Shown here: positions 30,086-38,390 of the stretch, piece by piece | How positions within the stretch are numbered: the stretch's first letter is position 1 | How the letters are laid out: the number at the start of each line of letters is the position of its first letter | NCBI GenBank assembly: GCA_963735035.1 | Contig: CAVTJJ010000006.1 | Location: 608,001 to 672,000, forward strand | Origin: an uncultured candidate division Zixibacteria bacterium | Lineage (GTDB): Bacteria; Zixibacteria; MSB-5A5; GN15; FEB-12 | Direction of reading: 5' to 3' | DNA: 64,000 nt | Notes under the pieces: model-generated | What the model saw: only the letters and a program-made list of their open reading frames with translations | Told to the model about the DNA's origin: nothing | Database searches by the model: none | Translations under genes and position numbers: made by a program

Positions 30086-32098
30086 GTGCCGCTTATTGAT
30101 TCCACTACGGGCAACATTGTCCGCGAATACACCATAGACGAACTATGCGAGCGAGCTCGCTACATGCGGGGTCTCAACCTGATCGCCCTCTGCGCGGCCG
30201 GCTCGGGACATTCGGGTGGAACCCTCGGCGTGATGGACATCGCCGCCGCGCTCTACCTCAAAGTAGCCAGACACGACCCGAAGAAACCTGACTGGCCCGA
30301 CCGTGACCGGATTATCTGGTCGGCAGGACACAAAGCCCCCGCACTCTACACTGCCCTGGCGGTCTCCGGATACTTCGATCAGAACGAAATAGTTCGGCTT
30401 CGGCAACTTGGTTCACCGTTTCAAGGCCACCCGCACCGACTGGAGCTCGGTGGTGTAGAATTTTCCACTGGTTCATTAGGGCAGGGGCTGTCGCTTGGAG
30501 TCGGCACGGCCCTCTCCTGCCGACTCGATAAGAATGAATACCGGGTTTTCGTGATCTGTACCGATGGCGAGCAGCAGGAAGGTTCGATCTGGGAGGCCGC
30601 CATGTCGGCCGCGCACTATCACTTGGGCAATCTTATCGCCCTGATAGATTTAAATCGGCTCCAGATTGATGGCCCGGTCAAGGATGTCATGAACATCGAG
30701 CCGCTCGCCGACAAGTACCGCGCTTTCGGCTGGGATGTGGTTAGCGCCGACGGCCATGATATGGGCGACCTTGTCGCCAAGCTTGAGACTGCCTGCAATC
30801 GACCATTAAAAGGCAAGCCTGCGGCCATAATATGCCACACCAACAAGGGGCACGGCGTTTCCTTCATGGAGAACGTGGTCGGCTGGCATGGGAAGGCGCC
30901 CAACCGCGAAGAACTCAACCGGGCCCTGACAGAGCTCAAACTGAAGGACGCTTTCGAGGTCGATCGGATGCTATCCTATGCGCGTGAGTGCGAAGTTCGT
31001 GTTGAAGAAGGTCTCGCTACGGCACTTCCGAAATACTCCCGCGATTTCTGGTGGAACGCCGGTCCACGGATGAAAGTCGAGATGAAGCCGACCCGTATCG
31101 GTTTCGGCGTGGCGCTGGAAAAGCACGGCGACGATCCCAGAATTGTCTGTCTCGGCGCTGACATCTCGGACTCAATTTGCATCTCTGAATTCTACAAGAA
31201 CCATCCGGAACGCCGCGAACGGTTCATCTCAGTCGGGATCGCTGAACAAAACGCGACTACTATTGCGGCCGGTTTGGCCAAGGAAGGGAAGATTCCGGTT
31301 TTCGGGACTTACGGAGTCTTCTCGTCCGCCAGAAATCTCGACCAGGTTCGGGTGTCGGTCTGCTATGCCAACCTCAATGTCCTGATTGTTGGAGCTCACG
31401 GTGGGGTCTCGGTCGGCCCCGACGGCGCCACGCATCAGGAATTGGAGTCCCTTTTTCAGATGACCGGACTCCCCAATATGCACGTGGGCGTTCCCTGTGA
31501 CGCTTTCGAGACCGAAAAGATGACCCGCGCCATGCTGTTCGACGTCCTTGGCCCCAAGTACCTTCGTCTGGCTCGCGAGGCGACCCCGGTCATGACGTCA
31601 GAAGATACCCCGTTCAAGTTCGGCGAGGGGTTGATTTTCAGATATCGACAGGAGTCTGACCGGCTGGTTGACGCTTTCGAGGCCATTCCGGCCGGGTCAT
31701 ACCGCTCCGAAGGCGAGGCGGTCACAATAGTCTCCTGTGGCCCGGAGACAGCCGAGGCGCTCCGGGCGGCCTATATCCTACGCACTGACCTTGACCTTCA
31801 GGCCCGCGTGTTGCATCTTCATACTTTGAAGCCGCTAGACAAGGCGGCGGTCGCCAGAGCGGCCTTGGAAACCGGAGCGGTCATAACCGCCGAAGAACAC
31901 CAGATTGGTGGTCTCGGAAATCTAGTAGTGGCCGTGCTGGCGGAGCAGTCCGGAAAGACCAGAAAGCCGTGCCGTTTCGCCATGATCGGCGTTCCGGATC
32001 GGTTTGGCGAGTCCGGACGGCCGTGGCAACTGATGAAACGGTTCGGCCTGACAGCTGAGTACATAGCGAAGCAAGTTAAAGTGTTACTTGAAGCATAA
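30086..32098 (+). CDS. Transketolase, single-chain fusion of N- and C-terminal subunit types
   Basis: GSGHSGG, FQGHP, STGSLGQG, DGEQQEG..N ThDP motif, WHGKAP, GIAEQN, GPDGATHQ, TAEEH. Confidence 0.9.
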   Translation: MPLIDSTTGNIVREYTIDELCERARYMRGLNLIALCAAGSGHSGGTLGVMDIAAALYLKVARHDPKKPDWPDRDRIIWSAGHKAPALYTALAVSGYFDQNEIVRLRQLGSPFQGHPHRLELGGVEFSTGSLGQGLSLGVGTALSCRLDKNEYRVFVICTDGEQQEGSIWEAAMSAAHYHLGNLIALIDLNRLQIDGPVKDVMNIEPLADKYRAFGWDVVSADGHDMGDLVAKLETACNRPLKGKPAAIICHTNKGHGVSFMENVVGWHGKAPNREELNRALTELKLKDAFEVDRMLSYARECEVRVEEGLATALPKYSRDFWWNAGPRMKVEMKPTRIGFGVALEKHGDDPRIVCLGADISDSICISEFYKNHPERRERFISVGIAEQNATTIAAGLAKEGKIPVFGTYGVFSSARNLDQVRVSVCYANLNVLIVGAHGGVSVGPDGATHQELESLFQMTGLPNMHVGVPCDAFETEKMTRAMLFDVLGPKYLRLAREATPVMTSEDTPFKFGEGLIFRYRQESDRLVDAFEAIPAGSYRSEGEAVTIVSCGPETAEALRAAYILRTDLDLQARVLHLHTLKPLDKAAVARAALETGAVITAEEHQIGGLGNLVVAVLAEQSGKTRKPCRFAMIGVPDRFGESGRPWQLMKRFGLTAEYIAKQVKVLLEA

Positions 32099-32119
32099 TC
32101 TCGCGATAAAGGTTGGAAA

Positions 32120-33289
32120 ATGAGATACGCTGACAACATAACCCGGCTGGAATCGGAAGGGGCTTTCGAAGTCCTCGCCAAGGCACGACGGATGGAACAG
32201 GAAGGTCGCAAGATCATCCATATGCAGATCGGCGAACCCGATTTCGATACCCCGCGCAATATCACCGAGGCCGCCTACCAGGCAATCTTGAGAGGTCAGA
32301 CCCACTACGCGCCGTCGGGGGGCATCCCGGAAGGCCGCGAAGTCGTGGCCCAGTATATGTCTCGCACCCGGGGGGTGACCTGGGGAGCCGAGAACTCGAT
32401 AATCATGCCCGGCTGCAAGCCGCTCATCTACTGCTCGATGATGGCGCTCATCAACCCTGGGGACGAGATAATCGTGCCCAATCCGGGGTATCCGACCTAT
32501 CGGTCGGTTACCAAATATCTCGGCGCGACTCCGATATCAGTGAAATTGCGTGAAGAGAACGACTTTCGTTTCCTGGTGAGCGATTTCGAGAAATTGATTA
32601 CGCCCAAGACTCGCATGATCATTCTCAATTCGCCGGAGAATCCGACCGGCGGACAACTTACCTGGGAAGACCTTGAGGCCATCTATGCCCTGGCCAAGAA
32701 GCACGATCTCTGGATTCTGTCGGACGAAATTTATTCGCGCATTGTATATGACACCCAATTCAAGTCGATCGCGGCCATACCCGGCGCTCTCGATCGGACA
32801 GTCGCCATAGATGGTCTCTCGAAAACGTATGCCATGACAGGCTGGCGACTTGGTTTTGCCTGCATGCCTAAGCGGCTGGCAGATTATCTCTTCACCATAG
32901 CGATTAACGCCTTCTCCTCAACTGCCACATTCACGCAGTATGCCATGATCGAGGCGCTTACCGGCCCTCAGACCGAAATCGACCAGATGGTCGCCGAGTT
33001 CCGTCGTCGGCGCGATGTAATCGTCGATGGCCTCAACAGCATGGAAGGGGTACACTGTAAGAAGCCGGAAGGGGCGTTCTACGTCTTTCCCAACATCACC
33101 GGCACAGGGCTGAATTCGAAACAGTTCGCCGACATGTCGCTGGAGCAGGCGGGCGTGGCGTGTCTGGCCGGATCCGCCTTCGGTGAACATGGCGAAGGGT
33201 ATGCCCGGTTTTCTTACGCCAACTCGATTGACAACATCAGGGCGGCGCTAAAACAGATCAAGGAAGTGCTTGCCACGGCAAAACGCTAG
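32120..33289 (+). CDS. Aspartate aminotransferase-family PLP enzyme
   Basis: IGEPDFDTP, NSPENPTG, SDEIY, GLSKTYAMTGWRLG, GAFYVFP, RFSYA. Confidence 0.93.
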   Translation: MRYADNITRLESEGAFEVLAKARRMEQEGRKIIHMQIGEPDFDTPRNITEAAYQAILRGQTHYAPSGGIPEGREVVAQYMSRTRGVTWGAENSIIMPGCKPLIYCSMMALINPGDEIIVPNPGYPTYRSVTKYLGATPISVKLREENDFRFLVSDFEKLITPKTRMIILNSPENPTGGQLTWEDLEAIYALAKKHDLWILSDEIYSRIVYDTQFKSIAAIPGALDRTVAIDGLSKTYAMTGWRLGFACMPKRLADYLFTIAINAFSSTATFTQYAMIEALTGPQTEIDQMVAEFRRRRDVIVDGLNSMEGVHCKKPEGAFYVFPNITGTGLNSKQFADMSLEQAGVACLAGSAFGEHGEGYARFSYANSIDNIRAALKQIKEVLATAKR

Positions 33290-33375
33290 ACATCTAACGG
33301 TTTGGATATTGGAAACCGGGCCCCTTGGCCCGGTTTTTAATTGATCCCCATCGACATAGTCGCTACGGTAGTAAG

Positions 33376-34167
33376 GTGAAGCAGGCGTTTGTCATCACCA
33401 ATCTGCTCGATCTTCGGTGCGAGCCGAAGTTCTCCGCCGAACGGGCCAGCCAGTTGTTTTTTGGCGAACCTGTCTATGTCGGGATTGTTCGTAAAGGATA
33501 TGTCCGAGTCATTCAACCTGATGGCTATGCCGGCTGGGTGGACCGACGATTCTTATGCGAAGCGTCCAATCGGGCGGTCGCCGTGTACAAGAAGGCGGCT
33601 GAATTCGTTGTGGTGAAAGAGAAGGTCAAAGTCATCAACGTGGACAAACGATCCTCTGAATCGCCTCATTTTCTATTTTATGGCACCCGGATCAGGGTGG
33701 CGTCGCATCGACAGGGTTGGGCGACTTGCCTGCGGATGGATGGAAGTAAGTTCCTAGTCACGAGCAACGGTCTCGTTCCCGTCCCGAAACATCCCGAAGC
33801 TTCTGGGGCTGATATAGTGAGAGAAGCGCGCCGCTTCCTGGGAGTGCCTTATCTCTGGGGCGGAATTTCTCCCGCCGGATTTGACTGTTCCGGTATAGTA
33901 AGAACCGTTTTGAGCCGATTCGGTATCTATGTACCACGAGATACCAAGGACCAGATCAAAGTCGGAAAACCGGTGGAGCGGGAAACCGTAAGAACCGGAG
34001 ACCTGTTGTTTTTCAAACGTCATGTCGGATTTGCCCTGGGACGAGATAAGATCATTCACGCTTCAATGGGCGGCTCCGGAGTCAGAATTAACTCATTGCG
34101 GCCGGGTACCGATGACTACCGGCCCGATCTGGACAGGGATTTTGCAACCGCGAGGAGGATTTTGTGA
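33376..34167 (+). CDS. SH3 + NlpC/P60 gamma-D-glutamyl peptidase (YkfC-like)
   Basis: SQLFFGE..DGYAGWV SH3b-like region; FLGVPYLWGG, GFDCSG, PRD, GDLLFF, HVG, IHA; no signal peptide. Start GTG 33376. Confidence 0.87.
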   Translation: MKQAFVITNLLDLRCEPKFSAERASQLFFGEPVYVGIVRKGYVRVIQPDGYAGWVDRRFLCEASNRAVAVYKKAAEFVVVKEKVKVINVDKRSSESPHFLFYGTRIRVASHRQGWATCLRMDGSKFLVTSNGLVPVPKHPEASGADIVREARRFLGVPYLWGGISPAGFDCSGIVRTVLSRFGIYVPRDTKDQIKVGKPVERETVRTGDLLFFKRHVGFALGRDKIIHASMGGSGVRINSLRPGTDDYRPDLDRDFATARRIL

Positions 34168-35195
34168 TCCAGATTGAGACCATAAAAGTCTCTCTGCCAT
34201 TGAAGAAGAAGTTTTCCATCTCCGGCGGAGGGGCCGGAGAGAAGATCAATCTCATCGCCATTCTCAACAATCGATATTCGGGTGAGGCGGCCGCCTCGGT
34301 CAAGTACGGACCGACTGTCGAAAGAATGGTCACCGATCTGCACCGGGGAGTTGAACTCCTGAGTAAGCTGAAGGTGCTGGACTTCGAGGCGTTGCAGGCT
34401 ATCGGCCAGTATGACCTGCATCCAACAGTACGCTCGGCTCTTTCCGGAATGGTGCTGAATTTTCTGTCGGGTGAGACAGAGCGTTACCCCTGGGAGGTGC
34501 TCTCGCTCGGAGCCCCGGTAGGCATCAAGAATTCCCTTACCATCAGTATTGATGACCCCGCGCGCGTCATCGAAGAGATCAACGCTTGCGACATGCCCAT
34601 CGTGAAGATCAAGATGGGAAGCGAGCATGACCCCGAATTGATCCTCGCGCTCGGCAAGGTCAAGGGGAAGGAACTTCGGGTTGATGCCAACGGTGGCTGG
34701 ACGCCCGAGCAGGCCGAAGAGATGATTCATCATCTGGCGGAGATAGGCATACGCATTATCGAGCAGCCGACCGACACCAAGTACATTGGCGACTGGCCTC
34801 TCATGAAGGGCAAGCATCAGGACGTCGAATTGATAGTCGACGAAGGAATGAGCAACTTTGAGGATTACCAGAAGCTGGCCCCGAACTGCGACGGCGTGAA
34901 TATCAAGATGGAGAAGACCGGCGGAATTATCGAGGCCATGCAGATCGCCCGTCAGGCGCGCCAGGATAAGAAAAAGGTGATGCTCGGCTGCATGGTGGAA
35001 TCATCGGTCGGAATCGCTCAGTCGGTCTATATGTCGTCGCTGGCCGACTACCACGATCTCGATTCACCGCAGTTGCTCGAAGTCGACATCGCCCAGGGAA
35101 TCATATACAATAAAGAAACGATCCAGGTCGACCGTGAAATAATCGGCGGCCCGGCTCTAAAACGTGATGTGGTCGAGAAGTACATTCGCGACTAA
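34164..35195 (+). CDS. L-Ala-D/L-Glu dipeptide epimerase (enolase superfamily, YkfB/YcjG-like)
   Basis: KIK, RVDANGGW, IEQP, VDE, NIKMEKTGG, GCMVES, DLD; adjacent to NlpC/P60. Confidence 0.87.
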   Translation: MIQIETIKVSLPLKKKFSISGGGAGEKINLIAILNNRYSGEAAASVKYGPTVERMVTDLHRGVELLSKLKVLDFEALQAIGQYDLHPTVRSALSGMVLNFLSGETERYPWEVLSLGAPVGIKNSLTISIDDPARVIEEINACDMPIVKIKMGSEHDPELILALGKVKGKELRVDANGGWTPEQAEEMIHHLAEIGIRIIEQPTDTKYIGDWPLMKGKHQDVELIVDEGMSNFEDYQKLAPNCDGVNIKMEKTGGIIEAMQIARQARQDKKKVMLGCMVESSVGIAQSVYMSSLADYHDLDSPQLLEVDIAQGIIYNKETIQVDREIIGGPALKRDVVEKYIRD

Positions 35196-37146
35196 TCGGA
35201 AACGGCTGTCCTGGCGTTTGTTGGGATGGGTATTTCCCTGTCTGCTGGCGGCGCTCATCCCCCTGACGGCTCACGCCGGTGTGTCGATGAAAGTCGTGTA
35301 TCCCAAGCCGGGGCAGAACATTGCGGCAGTCGATTCCACTTTCATATTCGGCTCTATCACCGGCGATTTCAAGAGCGCCACCGATCATCTGGAGATAAAT
35401 GGCCAGACCATACCAGTTCACCAAGCGGGTGGCTTCCTGGCGTTTCTTCCGGTTGCTCCGGGGGAGTTCGTCTTTCATCTCCGGGTTCTGCGGAAGACGG
35501 AACTTCCTCTCAAGGGATCAGAGCTGGAGCGCGCATTGTTGCTGTGTGAAGACAGCGTGAAAGTCTCAATACCTTCGCCACGCCGATCGCTCCCCGAAGA
35601 CAGCCTTGCCATCGCCGGAGACTATAATCCTCCTGGCGGTGATCTGACTCTTTCAACCGGGGATATCTTGAATGTCATGTTCCAGGGGACGCCCCGGATG
35701 TACGCCTGGTTCTCGATCCCGGGCGTAGTCGATTCGGTTCCGATGAGCGAGACCGACCCGGCCCAGCAACCCTATTGGGGCGAGACGGTGTTCGGAGTCG
35801 GGGCTGTGCCGGATACTTTGTTGATCGAAGGTGTGTACTCGGGCATTTACAGCGTGCCCGAATCTGTCTCGGTGACGAATGTGCCGGTGACTTATCATCT
35901 GGCGACCCCGCCTGAACGATACATCCATCCGCCTGCGGACGATTCGACGGCGACTGCTGAAACCGAGCACCAGACGAAACTGGTGGCCGCGCCGGACTCG
36001 ATCACGAAAGAATCCAGCTACAAGATCAGCCTCAACAATCCGGCGTATCCATTTACCGTGCGGTTCCTCGATTCAGTGCAAACGCTCCGTTATGGACCCC
36101 GTCTCGGTTATTTCGCGATATACCAGCCTGCCGGAGTCGAGGCCCTGGTAGTCGGCTCGGAGGGTGACTGGTATCGCGCCCGTCTTTCACGCACTCAGTA
36201 TGCATGGATTGAGAAGATTGCCGTCGTACCGCTCGCACAAGGCATTCTACCACCGCAGTCACGTCCCACTACGGTGCGAACGTACAGCCATAAAGATGAC
36301 GTGCTTGTCGAAATCGCCCTGAGCGGCCGACATCCTTTTCGAGTTTACGAAGACGATGCCCGCACGTTGCGCCTGCAGTTGTTCGGTCTGACGAGCAACA
36401 CCGACTGGATCAGGTATGACTTTGCCGACTCATTAATCGACATGGCCTCATGGTCGCAGCCGGAAGAGGGGCTGTACGAAGTGAAACTCGTACTCTCCAA
36501 AGACCTCTGGGGGTATGACACATGTTACGAGGGCAATACCTTCTATCTCAAGATCATCCGGCCGCCAGTTCCTGTCGGAGACATTCGGGGGAAGACGGTC
36601 GTACTCGATCCGGGCCACGCGTCGGATCCCGGCGCTATCGGCCCCACCGGACTTACCGAGGCTGAGGCAAATCTGAATATTGCCAAAGCGCTTCGCGACG
36701 AGCTCACCAAACGCGGCGCAAAGGTAGTAATGACTCGCGAGGATATGCATCACGTAGCATTGAACGATCGCCCGGCTATCGCCAAGCTCGCGCATGCCGA
36801 CTTGTTTGTTTCAATTCATAACAACGCCTTGCCCGATGGTGTAAACCCGTTTACCAACAACGGGGTGTCGGCCTATTACTATCACCCGCATTCGGCACTA
36901 TTGGCCAAAGAGATTCACAAGGAAATGCTCGCAGCTACCGGGATGCCCGATTTTGGACTCTATCACGGCAATCTGGCGGTTGACCGTCCGACACAATATC
37001 CTGCCGTGCTGGTAGAATGTGCTTTCATCATGATACCTGAGCAGGAAGCGATGCTTCGGACGGATCAATACTGTCGCAAGGTTGCGCGCGCCGTAGCCAA
37101 AGGTATCGAAGATTTCCTGGGCGAATATGATCACCGAAACCATTGA
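35164..37146 (+). CDS. N-acetylmuramoyl-L-alanine amidase (Amidase_3) with large N-terminal extension
   Basis: Signal peptide ending TAHA; C-terminal VVLDPGH, EAEANL, SIHNNA, VLVEC. Start uncertain (35164-35221). Confidence 0.88.
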   Translation: MMWSRSTFATNRKRLSWRLLGWVFPCLLAALIPLTAHAGVSMKVVYPKPGQNIAAVDSTFIFGSITGDFKSATDHLEINGQTIPVHQAGGFLAFLPVAPGEFVFHLRVLRKTELPLKGSELERALLLCEDSVKVSIPSPRRSLPEDSLAIAGDYNPPGGDLTLSTGDILNVMFQGTPRMYAWFSIPGVVDSVPMSETDPAQQPYWGETVFGVGAVPDTLLIEGVYSGIYSVPESVSVTNVPVTYHLATPPERYIHPPADDSTATAETEHQTKLVAAPDSITKESSYKISLNNPAYPFTVRFLDSVQTLRYGPRLGYFAIYQPAGVEALVVGSEGDWYRARLSRTQYAWIEKIAVVPLAQGILPPQSRPTTVRTYSHKDDVLVEIALSGRHPFRVYEDDARTLRLQLFGLTSNTDWIRYDFADSLIDMASWSQPEEGLYEVKLVLSKDLWGYDTCYEGNTFYLKIIRPPVPVGDIRGKTVVLDPGHASDPGAIGPTGLTEAEANLNIAKALRDELTKRGAKVVMTREDMHHVALNDRPAIAKLAHADLFVSIHNNALPDGVNPFTNNGVSAYYYHPHSALLAKEIHKEMLAATGMPDFGLYHGNLAVDRPTQYPAVLVECAFIMIPEQEAMLRTDQYCRKVARAVAKGIEDFLGEYDHRNH

Positions 37147-37190
37147 TAGGTGTCGGGCGCTCAGAATGATATAGGAGCAGGTGAAGAAAG

Positions 37191-37445
37191 ATGGCTAAGG
37201 ATTCAAGCGGAACAGCGGCCGCCAAGAACCAATATTACTGGCTGATCTATCTGGCCGCCCTGTTGGCCGGTCTGCTGCTCATTGCCCACGCAATCAATTA
37301 TCGCCCCTTTACCAAGATTCCCGCCCGCTTAGGAATCGCCTTATTGTATTCGGCTTTCGCCTTCATGGTCGGCGGTTCCAAAGCACCGGCGATTATCGGG
37401 ACAATTCTGGTCTGGTTAGCGGTACTCCTGATGTTCTTTGTGTAA
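37191..37445 (+). CDS. Small hypothetical membrane protein (about 3 TM)
   Basis: 84 aa, three hydrophobic stretches, AGGAG/AGGTG purine-rich leader. Confidence 0.7.
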   Translation: MAKDSSGTAAAKNQYYWLIYLAALLAGLLLIAHAINYRPFTKIPARLGIALLYSAFAFMVGGSKAPAIIGTILVWLAVLLMFFV

Positions 37446-37475
37446 GAATTCAGCTCTTACGGTATCTCGTAAAGT

Positions 37476-37553
37476 CGGCAGATGTGGACATCTGCCGGGC
37501 ACTAGAGTTTAACGGCGACTGCAGATGTGGGTCCGCCGCGGCGGACCGGGCAC
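37476..37553. repeat. Two tandem REP-like units (GCAGATGTGG...CCGGGCAC)
   Basis: 37476-37502 CGGCAGATGT-GG-ACATCTGCCG-GGCAC; 37521-37553 has the same ends, with TCCGCCGCGGCGGA in the middle. Confidence 0.6.
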
Positions 37554-37562
37554 GTGAACAAT

Positions 37563-37691
37563 GCGGCAGGTCACACGCCCCGCCTTGGCGGGTCGCAGGA
37601 CCAGCCGCAACCCGATTAGGACCTCTATATAGAGTGTTTCAAGGTTGCGTCAGGTCCTGCACCGCCCCTTGGGCGGGGTGTGACCTGACGC
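37563..37691. repeat. Inverted doublet of ~50-bp REP-like palindromes
   Basis: 37563-37612 is a near copy of the reverse complement of 37643-37691; each unit is itself a hairpin (GCGTCAGGTC...GACCTGACGC). Confidence 0.8.
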
Positions 37692-37725
37692 TTGAAGACT
37701 TTACCGTCAGGCCACTGGCAAATCC

Positions 37726-38151
37726 TCACACCAGCTTAGCGTCGAGCGTAATTTTGACCCCGGTCAAGGCCTTGGAGACCGGGCAGCCTTTTTTGGCACC
37801 CTCGGCGTACTCTTTGAATTTTGCCTCATCAATACCGGGGACTTCGCCGCGTGTCGTGAGATGAATCGTCTCAATCCGGAATCCGTCGGCTCCCTTGACC
37901 AGCGTGAGCTCGGCCGATGTCTTCACACTCTTGGGCTTGTGACCGGCCTCGGCGATCCCGTGTGAAAGCGCCATCGAAAAACACCCGGCGTGAGCAGCAG
38001 CGATCAATTCTTCAGGGTTGGTGCCGGCCCCGTCTTCGAAACGAGATTTGAATGTATACGGGCCTTCGTAGGCGCCGCTGCCGAGCTTCATCGTGCCGTG
38101 GCCCTGGATCAGGTTTCCTTCCCATACGGCTGAAGCGTGTCTTGTAGCCAT
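37726..38151 (-). CDS. osmC: OsmC-family peroxiredoxin
   Basis: AVWEG, SRFE, GTNPEELIAAAHAGCFSMAL, CPVSKAL; AAGGAG RBS before ATG 38151. Confidence 0.95.
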   Translation of the reverse strand: MATRHASAVWEGNLIQGHGTMKLGSGAYEGPYTFKSRFEDGAGTNPEELIAAAHAGCFSMALSHGIAEAGHKPKSVKTSAELTLVKGADGFRIETIHLTTRGEVPGIDEAKFKEYAEGAKKGCPVSKALTGVKITLDAKLV

Positions 38152-38390
38152 AATCCGCACTCCTTCTACATATATTCCGTGTGCCGGTCGCATACCCGGC
38201 TATGGGCGCAACTATTACCAGTATACTGAAACAATAGCAGAAGAAGATGGTTCTTCCAAGCTCAGATTGGATTATATCTGCGAAGTGTGGAGCGTTGCGG
38301 AAGCTTGGGGGAGTTGCCTATTGAAACGTTTGCACGGGCTGCCGGTTAGATTGTATCCCGTGAGGCAACTGAAGAGTCGCCGGTTCTGAC

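Noticed and set aside
37476..37691. Possible mini CRISPR array
   Set aside because: Units are inverted or of different types, with no regular repeat-spacer period and no cas genes.
37484..37864. 126-aa ORF across the repeat cluster
   Set aside because: Runs through palindromes and overlaps osmC antisense; no protein-like features.
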